A stretch of DNA of 21,947 nucleotides from a bacterium (lineage in GTDB: Bacteria > Zhuqueibacterota > Zhuqueibacteria > Oceanimicrobiales > Oceanimicrobiaceae). Of this stretch, positions 1 to 7,177 are shown in pieces; position 1 is the stretch's first letter, and each line of letters opens with the position of its first letter. Where the stretch lies: positions 1 to 21,947 of the forward strand of contig JBHHXT010000067.1 in the NCBI GenBank assembly GCA_046757165.1, given 5' to 3'. The translations under genes and the position numbers were made by a program. The notes under the pieces were generated by a model that was not told the DNA's origin, did no database searches, and saw only the letters and a program-made list of their open reading frames with translations.

Positions 1-252
1 TACAACTTCATCAACAGTGAAATACTCGTTATGGCGTATGATGGCAAAACCAACGCTGCGCGTGACTCTCTCGCCATTCTCCATGACGAAGACAAGTTCT
101 TTTCTTTCCTCCAGAATGCCAATTTGTTGCAGAGCTGATCCAGAAATCCAGGTATATTCGCTTCCTGTATCTACAAGGATTTTGGGAATCTTCACCGACT
201 TGCCGCGGTCCGCAAAGTTCTCGATTTCGCAGTGTGTAAAAAAAGTGCCCAT
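1..252 (-). CDS. Clan AA (retropepsin-like) aspartyl protease, small; 3' end runs off the window
   Basis: Not in the ORF track. Manual translation from ATG at 252 gives MGTFFTHCEIENFADRGKSVKIPKILVDTGSEYTWISGSALQQIGILEEKKELVFVMENGERVTRSVGFAIIRHNEYFTVDEVV, open to base 1. Contains the LVDTGS catalytic motif; GAGG lies just upstream. Confidence 0.85.
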   Translation of the reverse strand, partial: MGTFFTHCEIENFADRGKSVKIPKILVDTGSEYTWISGSALQQIGILEERKELVFVMENGERVTRSVGFAIIRHNEYFTVDEVV

Positions 253-286
253 CGCCTCTGTACCATTATTCGTGTAGTTAGTCAAA

Positions 287-314
287 ACACGGTCACAGAC
301 CGTGTTGGATCAGT
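287..314. repeat. REP-like hairpin repeat, copy 1
   Basis: ACACGGTC-ACA-GACCGTGT-TGGATCAGT; 26/28 identical to 2830-2857; lies just downstream of the nuoB stop. Confidence 0.75.
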
Positions 315-338
315 TCTGGCGCCATTCCCTGGGATTGC

Positions 339-815
339 TCAATACTCTTGCTTCTGTCGCTGAATCTTTTCTTGCAGCAGAATCAATCCCTGAATGACCG
401 TTTCCGGCCGCGGCGGACAGCCAGGAATGTAGACGTCCACCGGCAGGATGGTGTCTATGCCGACCACGGTTGCATAATCATCATAGAACCCGCCAGTGCA
501 GGTGCAGACGCCAAATGCTACCACATATTTCGGCTCGCACATCTGGTCGTACACGCGGCGCAAGACCGGCGCGATCTTCTGGCTCACAGTGCCGACGCAC
601 ATGAGCATGTCTGCCTGGCGCGGAGAGAATCTCGGAAAAGCAGCGCCAAACCGGTCCAGATCGTAGTGCGATGAGGCCACGGACATGTACTCCATGCCAC
701 AGCAAGCCGTCACGAAGGGATACGGGAACAGCGAATACTTCCTGGCCCAACCAATCGCCCGATCGAGCCGGGTCGTGATCAGGTTATCGCCCCCCAAAAA
801 GTTTCTCAGTCCCAT
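339..815 (-). CDS. nuoB: NADH-quinone oxidoreductase subunit B
   Basis: TACCGMEY tandem-Cys motif, YDLDRFG, SPRQAD, FGVCTCTGG, PVDVYIPGCPPRPE (N2 cluster ligands); overlaps the end of nuoA by 10 bp. Confidence 0.95.
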   Translation of the reverse strand: MGLRNFLGGDNLITTRLDRAIGWARKYSLFPYPFVTACCGMEYMSVASSHYDLDRFGAAFPRFSPRQADMLMCVGTVSQKIAPVLRRVYDQMCEPKYVVAFGVCTCTGGFYDDYATVVGIDTILPVDVYIPGCPPRPETVIQGLILLQEKIQRQKQEY

Positions 816-1159
816 CGAAATGCTCCCCTTTGCCAGGCATAGACCAAGCCCAGAACCAGGACGCCAATGAACATTGTCATGGAAACCAGGCCTGCCACCC
901 CGAGTTTCTGAAACACCACAGACCAGGGAAAAAGGAAAACGATTTCGATATCGAACAAGACGAAGAGAATCGCAATGGTATAAAACTTGATGGAAAATCC
1001 GCTGTCAGGCGTGGAAATGGCGATGTTGCCACATTCGAACGGTTCGCTTTTGCCGGGGTTGCTTTTCTTCGGGCCGAGCCACTGCGACAACCCGAGCAGA
1101 ACCGCGACCACGGCGCCAGCTCCGAGAAACATGATCAAAACAGCGATGAGCTCGTCCAT
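806..1159 (-). CDS. nuoA: NADH-quinone oxidoreductase subunit A
   Basis: 117 aa, three hydrophobic segments, EPFECG loop, FVLFDIEIVFLFPW, C-terminal YAWQRGAFRW. Confidence 0.95.
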   Translation of the reverse strand: MDELIAVLIMFLGAGAVVAVLLGLSQWLGPKKSNPGKSEPFECGNIAISTPDSGFSIKFYTIAILFVLFDIEIVFLFPWSVVFQKLGVAGLVSMTMFIGVLVLGLVYAWQRGAFRWD

Positions 1160-1163
1160 GATC

Positions 1164-2546
1164 TCACCTGACCTCTTTGTCCGCCTTCAAGAGCTGCATG
1201 AATTCGTTGATGGTTTGAAATTCCTCCATCTGCCACACCGCCCGCTTGATCTCCTTTTGCTTCGCCTCGGAAAGCACTGGCGTGCACAGACTGCGAAACT
1301 TGTTGTCCAGGTCTTGCTCACTCATCGGCTCGCGCGGATCGCCTTTCGGATAATCGAGCTGCGCTGAGTGCTCCTGCCCGTTCTTGAGACGAATCGTCAC
1401 CTTCGACGGCTGCTTCGCCGGAAACATCTTTTCGAACGCCTCACTCGCCTCCCCTTTTATCCTGGGCAAAACAGTCTTTATCTGTGCATCTTGAATACGG
1501 TCCTCTTCAAACTGGTCGGTGGTAATCTGCCGGTAAACGATGGCAGCGGCAATGCAGTAAGGCAGGCTGTGGTCTGCCGTTTCGCGCGAGGTCGGGCGGT
1601 ATTTTTCCGTGTCGAACAGAATATCGACCGCCCGGGCGATGGTCGTGACCGTGACTTCCTCGATCTCCTGCGGCTGAATGTCGTTCTCGATGACCACCTT
1701 TAGCGTCGCTGAGATGTGGGTATGGGTCAAAGCTTCGGTCGGAAACGCTTTCATGGAGCAGTCGAGGATCTTGAAGCGCTCCCCCAGGTTTGCCACCAGT
1801 TTGGAGGGGTCCCAGTCCGGGCCGAGCGTCTGCATCAAACCTTCTTTACCCTCGAAGATCTGCTCGGTGCCGGTGTACCCCTGCTGTGCCATCAAGGCCG
1901 CCATGACACCGCTTTGCGCCGCCAGCGGATCGACGGTATTCTTCATCATGGTCAACTTGCCTGCGGTGACAGCTCCCAGGGTCAGATTGTGAGCGCCGGA
2001 GATGCCGATGGCATGCACCATCTGGTCCTCGTTGAGTCCCAACAGGTAACCGGCGACGATGGGCGAAACAAACTGCGTCAGCGTGGCATGATGCCACTTG
2101 CGTTCCCGGATCCCGGGGACAGCGAACTCGCACAGCCGCATTTCAAATTCATAGGCCAGGACGATGGCCCCGATCACCTCCTGCACTGATTTGCCCTCCC
2201 GTTCGCCCACCGCCAGCGCAACGGGAATGATGTCGCTGGGATGGCTCGGATCTTCCTTCCAGTAGATGTCGTTGAAATCCAGGGCACGAACCATCAGGCT
2301 GTTCAAAAAGGTGGCGTTGAAGGCGGGTATTTTTTCACCGCTGCCAATCACCGTCGCCTCCGGCTTCCCACCCATGTCGGCGTAGATGTTCCTGATGATT
2401 TTGACATCATGCGTCGTGGTGCCCCCATAAGCACAAGCGATGGAATCGTAGAGAAAGCGTTTCACTTCCGTTACGACTTCATCCGGTAAATCTTCGTATT
2501 TCAGACCTAAAGAGAATTCTGCAATTTGTCTCGAGATGGACTTCAT
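1164..2546 (-). CDS. prpD: MmgE/PrpD family dehydratase (2-methylcitrate dehydratase-like)
   Basis: 460 aa; RALDFNDIY, HPSD, WHHAT, ETADHSLPY, YPKGDPREPM motifs typical of MmgE/PrpD. Exact substrate not established. Confidence 0.88.
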   Translation of the reverse strand: MKSISRQIAEFSLGLKYEDLPDEVVTEVKRFLYDSIACAYGGTTTHDVKIIRNIYADMGGKPEATVIGSGEKIPAFNATFLNSLMVRALDFNDIYWKEDPSHPSDIIPVALAVGEREGKSVQEVIGAIVLAYEFEMRLCEFAVPGIRERKWHHATLTQFVSPIVAGYLLGLNEDQMVHAIGISGAHNLTLGAVTAGKLTMMKNTVDPLAAQSGVMAALMAQQGYTGTEQIFEGKEGLMQTLGPDWDPSKLVANLGERFKILDCSMKAFPTEALTHTHISATLKVVIENDIQPQEIEEVTVTTIARAVDILFDTEKYRPTSRETADHSLPYCIAAAIVYRQITTDQFEEDRIQDAQIKTVLPRIKGEASEAFEKMFPAKQPSKVTIRLKNGQEHSAQLDYPKGDPREPMSEQDLDNKFRSLCTPVLSEAKQKEIKRAVWQMEEFQTINEFMQLLKADKEVR

Positions 2547-2619
2547 GGGGTATTCACCTTTCTTCGCTTAACTCAGACACTATCCGAAAGTAATAGGTAC
2601 ATAACGACGAACAGGTTCC

Positions 2620-2792
2620 AAGGGGCTGTCCCCAAAGCCCCGAAATGTCATTCCGACCGAAGGGAGGAATCTGACTGTCCACCAATCGTAGGATTTTGGA
2701 AAACAATTGTTTACACCACAGTCCCTTGCCCTAAGAGATTTCTCGCATTCGCTCGAAATGACAGGAACAGGGGCCTTTTTGGACAGCCCCTT
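2620..2792. mobile_element. Non-autonomous MITE/REP-like element with nested inverted repeats
   Basis: Outer perfect 12-bp IR AAGGGGCTGTCC (2620-2631) / GGACAGCCCCTT (2781-2792), extending imperfectly inward; inner imperfect IR TGTCATTCCGACCGAAGGGAGGAATCT (2646-2672) / AGATTTCTCGCATTCGCTCGAAATGACA (2736-2763); central palindrome AAACAATTGTTT (2701-2712); no transposase ORF. Confidence 0.7.
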
Positions 2793-2829
2793 TGGTGTCC
2801 TGCCTGCACCCAGGGCCTCAGCCTCAGCT

Positions 2830-2857
2830 ACACGGTCAGAGACCGTGTAGGATCAGT
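2830..2857. repeat. REP-like hairpin repeat, copy 2
   Basis: ACACGGTC-AGA-GACCGTGT-AGGATCAGT, just downstream of the dehydrogenase stop at 2873; matches 287-314. Confidence 0.75.
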
Positions 2858-2872
2858 CTTTGAGCATTCAGC

Positions 2873-3991
2873 CTAAAGCTTGCGTGCCACTTCCTCCGCC
2901 ACTTCGAGCGTTGTGGAGGTTCCGCCCATGTCGTAGGTCTTGACTTTCCCTTCTCTGATAACCGTCGCAATGGCGCTTTCTAACTTTTCGGACAGCTCGA
3001 GCTCCCCCAGCCATTGCAGCATCAGCTTTGCGGTCAGGAGCATGGCCATGGGGTTGACCTTATGCTGACCGGCATATTTCGGGGCAGAGCCATGTGTCGG
3101 CTCGAAAACCCCGTAGGCGTCGCCGAGGTTGCCGCTGGAGGCAAACCCGAGCCCACCGACGAGTTGTGCACACAGATCAGATATGATGTCACCGAACATG
3201 TTGGTTGCCACCAGGACGCCGTAGTCCTGCGGATTCTTGATGAGCCACATGCACATGGCATCGATATTGGTCTCCCACAGCTCGATGCCGGGATAGTTCT
3301 GCGCAACTTTGCGTGCTTCCCGCAAGACCAGCCCGCCGGTTTCGCGCAAAACATTGGGCTTTTCAACAATGGTCACACTCTTGTAGCCATGCTTTTTGGC
3401 ATACTCAAACGCCCGGGTGACAATGTTGCGGGAGGCCCTTTTTGTATTGACTCGCAAGGAGACCGCGATTTCATCCAGCGGCGTTTGGCCGAAGCGTTTC
3501 ATCTTAGGCGAATGACGCGAAATGACCTCCATCACCTCGCCCGGCAATGGATGAAACTCGATGCCGACGTACAAATCTTCCGTGTTCTCGCGAAAGACCA
3601 CCAGGTCGATGTCATCACGATAGTTCAATGGATTGCCCGGATAGGCTTTGCACGGGCGCAGATTCGTATGCAGGTTGAACTCCTGACGCAAGCGGACGAT
3701 GGGGCTGGAATAGACCAACCCTCTGTCCTGTAATTCGTGCACCAGTTCTTTCTGTGCCTCTTCTTTCGGTTTTGAGGTGATGGCGCCGAACAGGCAGGCG
3801 TCGGTGTTTTTGAGCAGCTCGATTGTTCTGGCAGGCAAAGGGTCGCCTTCCGCCCTCCAGAACTCCCAGCCGATATCACCGTGCTGGTAGTCCCCATTGA
3901 ACTCGAGCGCATCCAAAACGATTCTGGCAGCCTCCATTACGTCATGTCCGACGCCGTCTCCTGGTAACCATGCTATTTTGTACTTTGCCAT
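2873..3991 (-). CDS. Isocitrate/homoisocitrate/isopropylmalate family beta-decarboxylating dehydrogenase, probably NADP-preferring
   Basis: LPGDGVG, YSSPIVRLRQEFNLHTNLRP, RENTEDLY, NMFGDIISD, FEPTHGSAPKYAG, KTYDMGG. Start placed at ATG 3991 (MAKYKIAW) with AGGAG upstream, rather than GTG 4009. Confidence 0.9.
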   Translation of the reverse strand: MAKYKIAWLPGDGVGHDVMEAARIVLDALEFNGDYQHGDIGWEFWRAEGDPLPARTIELLKNTDACLFGAITSKPKEEAQKELVHELQDRGLVYSSPIVRLRQEFNLHTNLRPCKAYPGNPLNYRDDIDLVVFRENTEDLYVGIEFHPLPGEVMEVISRHSPKMKRFGQTPLDEIAVSLRVNTKRASRNIVTRAFEYAKKHGYKSVTIVEKPNVLRETGGLVLREARKVAQNYPGIELWETNIDAMCMWLIKNPQDYGVLVATNMFGDIISDLCAQLVGGLGFASSGNLGDAYGVFEPTHGSAPKYAGQHKVNPMAMLLTAKLMLQWLGELELSEKLESAIATVIREGKVKTYDMGGTSTTLEVAEEVARKL

Positions 3992-4010
3992 CTTCTCCTG
4001 TCCGGGCACT

Positions 4011-4289
4011 TTACTTGCCGGGTTTCTGTTTCAGTTTACCTGCCGCGGGGTCGACAATGTTCATTGTTTTCTGCTTTTCCAGGGCATGCTCGAGAATCAA
4101 GTCATCCATATGCTTGTTTGCTTCTTCCATGGTTTTGAATTTGAAAACCCCCCGCGGATAACTGACAGGATTGAGGTTCTGAGCGAACTCCCAGAGCATC
4201 CCAAGTTGATCATAATACTGCTGGTCAGGGTTGAGGCACCACAAGGCTTCTTCGGCCTCACGTAGCGATCTGTATTTGTACACGGGCAT
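4011..4289 (-). CDS. Small hypothetical protein, putative partner/antitoxin of the adjacent nucleotidyltransferase
   Basis: 92 aa; start overlaps the upstream stop (TAATG at 4289); GGAGG upstream; internal repeat PVYKYRSLREAEE / RGVFKFKTMEEANK. Confidence 0.7.
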   Translation of the reverse strand: MPVYKYRSLREAEEALWCLNPDQQYYDQLGMLWEFAQNLNPVSYPRGVFKFKTMEEANKHMDDLILEHALEKQKTMNIVDPAAGKLKQKPGK

Positions 4290-4762
4290 TACTTTGACTT
4301 CCTCCTTTTCTCCAACAGCCTTTGCAGGCTGTACGCATCCGCCTTATCGTGCAGGCGTACCGTATCTCTCTTCATGCTTATGAGAGTTTCGGGTCTGGCA
4401 ATTCTAATTTTTATGCCATTATCTTCAAGCTCCTCCCATTCCAAATTCTCGTAGGTGAAGACCTCTCCGAGTCGAAATAATATGTCAATGTAAAACCCTG
4501 CCGGTGTCCCGTAGCGAATAACAGGATAATCTGCATCTTCCTCGAGCGTGATCTCATCGATGCTTTCATCGTCGAATACCGTGTGAAGGGCTTGCCTTAG
4601 CCGGGCAAGGTTCTCGGAATCCTGCTTCACAAAGATATCCAAATCCTTTGTAAACCTGTTGATGCCATGGTAGTTGATGGCGACCCCGCCTACGAGTATA
4701 TACTCAACATCGAATTTATGCAACGCCCTGAGAATTTCTTTGTAATAGTCAAAATTCGTCAT
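4289..4762 (-). CDS. Nucleotidyltransferase of the Pol-beta superfamily (AbiEii/DUF6036-like)
   Basis: YILVGGVAINYHGINRFTKDLDIFV (GG..A....G..R.T.D.D signature), a later YIDI strand and a C-terminal K...R..D..D helix. Confidence 0.8.
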   Translation of the reverse strand: MTNFDYYKEILRALHKFDVEYILVGGVAINYHGINRFTKDLDIFVKQDSENLARLRQALHTVFDDESIDEITLEEDADYPVIRYGTPAGFYIDILFRLGEVFTYENLEWEELEDNGIKIRIARPETLISMKRDTVRLHDKADAYSLQRLLEKRRKSK

Positions 4763-4782
4763 GATTTGAGAGCACCTTCTGT

Positions 4783-5319
4783 CTACCGCACCAAATCAAA
4801 ATCAATAAAATCCGCGTGATGCAAGATAATCGCCTCGGCCGAGCGGGGAAAATGGTCTCCTTCCTTCGAGTGCACGGCCACGATGTGCATGACTTCCTCC
4901 GGGATGTCATACTTGAAGCACAGCCCCACGCCACTAAACGGGTGGCGCAGATATTTGCCGTGCTTGCTTTTGACCACGTTGCCGTTTTCCTTGTCGTACT
5001 CGTAGAGCTTGCCCACGTCCGCGAGCAGGGCGCCGGCGATCAGGTGGTCGCGGTTGACGGGGGTCTTTCTGTCGCCGTATGCCTCTGTCAGGACGTTATC
5101 GCACGCGACACACATTTTGCAGACCGTCCGGACGTGCTCCAGATACGTTATTTTGACATTATCCGCCAAAAGCGTAAAGGGAATCTTCAACAACTCTTCC
5201 GCACTCCAGTTTCGGTAGTTCGTGGCTTCGACCCAGACGGCAATCGTGTTCTCGCGCAGTTTTTCGTCTTCGATGAGATTGAATTCAGGGATGATTTCCA
5301 ACAAAGTGGTTCTGTCCAT
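4783..5319 (-). CDS. HD/HDIG-fold metal-dependent phosphohydrolase-like protein with AD in place of HD
   Basis: 178 aa; LEHVRTV, LIAGALLADVGK, LRHPFSG, HIVAVHS, HHAD; GGAG upstream. Confidence 0.82.
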   Translation of the reverse strand: MDRTTLLEIIPEFNLIEDEKLRENTIAVWVEATNYRNWSAEELLKIPFTLLADNVKITYLEHVRTVCKMCVACDNVLTEAYGDRKTPVNRDHLIAGALLADVGKLYEYDKENGNVVKSKHGKYLRHPFSGVGLCFKYDIPEEVMHIVAVHSKEGDHFPRSAEAIILHHADFIDFDLVR

Positions 5320-5339
5320 CTCAGTCTCCTTTTCGTCGC

Positions 5340-6116
5340 TCAGATGGTCCTGTCATCCGGACCGTCGTATTCGTGGTCTTGCGGGTGAATCGGCCGCATC
5401 GGCTTTTGCCGGGTGCGCTCTTCGTGGGCATGGGCGACCAGCCCCGGCACCCTCGCTATCATGAAAAAGGCATTCGCCAGCTCGGGTGAGAAATCCAGTT
5501 CGCACAAGACAGCCGCGATCGCCCCATCAACGTTGATGGGGAGTTTTTTGCCACTCTGACTTACAAGCTCACCCTCGATTGTTTGTGCTATTTTGATGAA
5601 TGTCTCTCCGATGTTCAATTCGTGTGCCAATTCAAACAGCCTGTGACTTCTTGGATCCTGCGTATGCAGACGATGGCCAAATCCGGAGATGCGCCGGCCG
5701 ATTTGCCGGTACTCTTTAACGATCTCTTGCGCCGCCACACCAATTGAGATCTGCCTGGCCTTGACCTTATCCTGCGTTTGCAGCAGAACGCCCATGCAAT
5801 CCTCGATGGCGCCTCCGTGAAATCTCGAGATGGCAAGAATGCCGCTTGCCACGGCCGCGTTTAACGGCGCACCTGTCGAGGCCACGGTAACGGCCGTCAG
5901 CGCCGAAGGGGGTGTGGCCCCATGGTCGATTGAAGAGACCAGAACCGCATCGATCATCTTGCCAACGTTGTCTGTCGGCAGCTCTCCTTTCAACGCCAGA
6001 TAGACACCTTGCCCAAATGAAATGCGCCCCATGAGCTCATCCACACGATAGCCACGCAGACGAACCTCATTTGCTCTAATCTTCGTTATCGCAGTTTTCC
6101 AGTGTAACTGACTCAT
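5340..6116 (-). CDS. Citryl-CoA lyase-like protein (short citrate synthase family)
   Basis: 258 aa; WKTAIT N-terminus, SIDHGATPPS, FHGGAIE, GFGHRLHTQDPR, INVDGAIAA, ARVPGLVAH. Length fits Ccl or the ACL C-terminal domain, not a full ~370-430 aa citrate synthase. Confidence 0.85.
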   Translation of the reverse strand: MSQLHWKTAITKIRANEVRLRGYRVDELMGRISFGQGVYLALKGELPTDNVGKMIDAVLVSSIDHGATPPSALTAVTVASTGAPLNAAVASGILAISRFHGGAIEDCMGVLLQTQDKVKARQISIGVAAQEIVKEYRQIGRRISGFGHRLHTQDPRSHRLFELAHELNIGETFIKIAQTIEGELVSQSGKKLPINVDGAIAAVLCELDFSPELANAFFMIARVPGLVAHAHEERTRQKPMRPIHPQDHEYDGPDDRTI

Positions 6117-6152
6117 TGTATCCCCTCTGTTTCGTTATCCATTATCATGGAA

Positions 6153-6206
6153 CCTTTGCGAGTTTTGCGCCTTTGCGGTTCATAACTTTATTGCGGCTTT
6201 GCCGCA
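6153..6206. repeat. Short TTTGCG triple repeat plus hairpin in the intergenic region
   Basis: TTTGCG at 6155, 6164 and 6172; TGCGGC-TTT-GCCGCA hairpin at 6192-6206. Confidence 0.45.
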
Positions 6207-6274
6207 CCAGGTTCAATGCTGTTATGTGAATCTCAAAAGACACAGTTGTCCCGGCTTCTTTCGTAATGTAAGGG

Positions 6275-7177
6275 TCATTGGCTTACCGCCGCCAGAACCC
6301 CGGCAGTCACCTGCGGGATGTCATCAAAGTTGTCGACCATGTGCGCTCCGACTTCTTGCAGACGTCCCACCTTGCTCGCGTGAGTCCCACGGTTGCCTTC
6401 CACAATCGCGCCGGCGTGCGAAAAACGCGTGCCCGATTGCGCCGCTTTGCCACCGATAAATGCAATCAGCGGCTTGGTAAACTGCCCGGTGGCGATCAGA
6501 TCCGCAACCTGCTCCTCTTGTGTGGTGCCGATCTCACCGAACATGACGACGGCTTCCGTGTCCTCGTCACGCTGGAAGAGCTTGACGGCTTCAGGATGGG
6601 GCAGGCCAACGATGGCATCCCCGCCGACATGCACGATGGTACTCAAACCAATGCCATTCTTGCTCAGGTAGTAAGCGATAGATGACGTAATGCCGCCGCT
6701 TCGCGAGGTGACGCCAACGTGCCCCTTCCGGAACCACTGCCGGGCGGTCTGCGCTCGCCCCCCGATCATGCCCAGAACAGCCTTGCCGACACTCAGCAAG
6801 CCAAGCGTGTTAGGACCGACAAACCGTGCCCCGTTCAATTCGGCTGCATGCGCGATTTCCAGAACATCATAGATGGGCACGCGGTCCGGCACGAGCACCA
6901 GCAGCTTTATACCGGCGTCGATGGCCTCCAGCGCAGCGTTTTTCACCAGTGGAGCGGGGACAAAAATCACCGAGGTGTCGACCGCTGTGTTCTCGGTCGC
7001 TTCCTGTACAGTATCGAAAACAGGCACGTCCAGCACCGTTTGGTTGCCTTTGCCCGGCGTCACGCCGGCCACGACATTCGTGCCGTACTCCATCATCAGC
7101 TTGGCGCGTGCCTGCCCTTCACGACCTGTGATGCCCTGCACCAGCACTTTGTTGTTTTCATCAACGAGAATCGACAT
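6275..7177 (-). CDS. Succinyl-CoA synthetase alpha-like CoA ligase subunit (SucD / citryl-CoA synthetase small subunit-like)
   Basis: VLVQGITGREG, VAGVTPGKG, GPNTLG, SRSGG, GEIG, RFSHAGAI (phospho-His); coupled to the upstream gene by a TGATG overlap. Confidence 0.9.
   Translation of the reverse strand: MSILVDENNKVLVQGITGREGQARAKLMMEYGTNVVAGVTPGKGNQTVLDVPVFDTVQEATENTAVDTSVIFVPAPLVKNAALEAIDAGIKLLVLVPDRVPIYDVLEIAHAAELNGARFVGPNTLGLLSVGKAVLGMIGGRAQTARQWFRKGHVGVTSRSGGITSSIAYYLSKNGIGLSTIVHVGGDAIVGLPHPEAVKLFQRDEDTEAVVMFGEIGTTQEEQVADLIATGQFTKPLIAFIGGKAAQSGTRFSHAGAIVEGNRGTHASKVGRLQEVGAHMVDNFDDIPQVTAGVLAAVSQ

Noticed and set aside
17..277. 86-aa plus-strand ORF
   Set aside because: Antisense shadow of the minus-strand aspartyl protease gene, which has a catalytic motif and RBS.
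2526..2876. 116-aa plus-strand ORF across the intergenic region
   Set aside because: Reads through the inverted-repeat element, overlaps both neighbours on the opposite strand and has no recognisable motif.
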